Assembly: GCA_003693705.1 (NCBI GenBank)
Contig: RBZT01000934.1
Coordinates: 1 to 34,885, forward strand
From: Polymyxa betae A26-41
Taxonomy: Eukaryota; Protista; Endomyxa: Phytomyxea
Direction of reading: 5' to 3'
DNA: 34,885 nt
How positions within the stretch are numbered: position 1 is the first letter of the stretch; each line of letters begins with the position of its first letter. The translations under genes and the position numbers were made by a program. Positions 33,884 to 34,885 of the stretch are shown in pieces. The notes under the pieces are model-generated. The model saw only the letters and a program-made list of their open reading frames with translations, was not told the DNA's origin and searched no databases.

Positions 33884-34885
33884 ATGCTGACACCGATGAT
33901 GAACGCGTCCTTCATCGGAGTCCTGGTCCTGGTGTCATTCTCGATATTGTCCCATGACGTCTCCGGGGCCAGTACGTCATCGGCCTCCGACGACCTCTCC
34001 GAGCAGATGTCGTCGCTGATGGTGTCCGCGATCCAGTCGTACGATCCCTTTGACGTTACCTCACCTCGGACGCGGGTCACTGATTCGTTACAAGACGACG
34101 CAACCGTCGATCGAGTCCGAATGCCGCGAACGTCTCTCGGAGATCCGCAGTCGGGTTTGTGAAGGCCGCCCCCAATCCAAGCATTTCTGGGTCTGTAACA
34201 TGAACCCGTCCCCGCCTGTTTTTGTTAACGTTACCTGTAACAGCATCGGAAAGACGCGCTCCAGGACACGTGCTGGATCTATCACCTGCTGATTGGGAAG
34301 ATAACCCTAAACCCTAACTCCCGCAAACCTGTTGCCGACCTCGGCCTGATCGCCATCTACCTCCTTCCGAAATCATCATTGAACTACGTCCACTCCAGTA
34401 TCGGCAGTGGCTCTATACTGCTCGCCTGGTTACGTCTCTCTCAATGGAGTCCGTCTGCGGACTCCGCGTCCTTGCTCGAATCCATCATCTCGCGAATGTC
34501 GCCGTCCGCCCTACAAGCAGGCAACCCAGACGCGCTTTCCTTCTTCTACGACACCGCTTTCGGCCTTGAAAACGAATCTCCGGAATACGTCGCCGTACGG
34601 GACCGAGTCTGGCGCCTTCTGCTACTGAACAGCTCCAAGAGCGGTATTGAGGCCGTCTCTCGTCGAATCTCGGGCCGCGTATCTCCTGTAATCTGGTCGA
34701 AGATGATTCGTTCCGGAGTGGAGACCATTCTGATCCAAAATCAGCCCAGAAATTTGTCGTTTCTGAGCCAATTAGTCCGTGACGGAAGCGATAACGTCCT
34801 GGATGTCTCCGTGGCCATTCTGATGGCCCAGGCACCAATCGCCGAAATCATTGATGCGGCCCCTTTGCAATGGCTACTGAGCTAA
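33884..34885 (+). CDS. Secreted hypothetical protein, probably 3 exons
   Basis: Signal-peptide-like MMNASFIGVLVLVSFSILSHDVSGA; phase-0 GT-AG introns at ~34022-34094 and 34191-34243 join three open frames; last frame open from 34244 to TAA 34883-34885 at the window edge. Confidence 0.55.

Noticed and set aside
34160-34162. In-frame TGA suggesting readthrough or selenocysteine in the last gene
   Set aside because: A phase-0 intron at ~34022-34094 shifts the frame and removes the apparent stop.

Overview
Eukaryotic nuclear DNA with many short (~50 nt) spliceosomal introns, GC-rich exons and scattered TTTAGGG/CCCTAAA motifs. An axonemal dynein assembly factor points to a flagellated protist; a phytomyxid (Plasmodiophora-like plant parasite) is my inference, not a database result. 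Recognisable genes: nicotinate phosphoribosyltransferase (~15 exons), DNAAF1/ODA7, tRNA-Arg(ACG) and an intron-containing bacterial-type AAA-ATPase-like gene. Mobile DNA: a FAR1/MULE transposase start, a degenerate hAT with perfect TIRs and 8-bp TSD nested in a TA-flanked Tc1/mariner-type non-autonomous element, and other relics. The two most interesting objects are (i) a secreted coiled-coil protein built like ciliate trichocyst-matrix/granule-lattice proteins, fused to a Cys-rich linker and a beta-rich domain (candidate extrusome component), and (ii) a 4-TM protein with two domains resembling the Cache-type sensor of cyanobacterial chemoreceptors but with no signalling domain, next to a decayed paralogue. 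All family assignments are from motif recall and manual translation; no searches were run.
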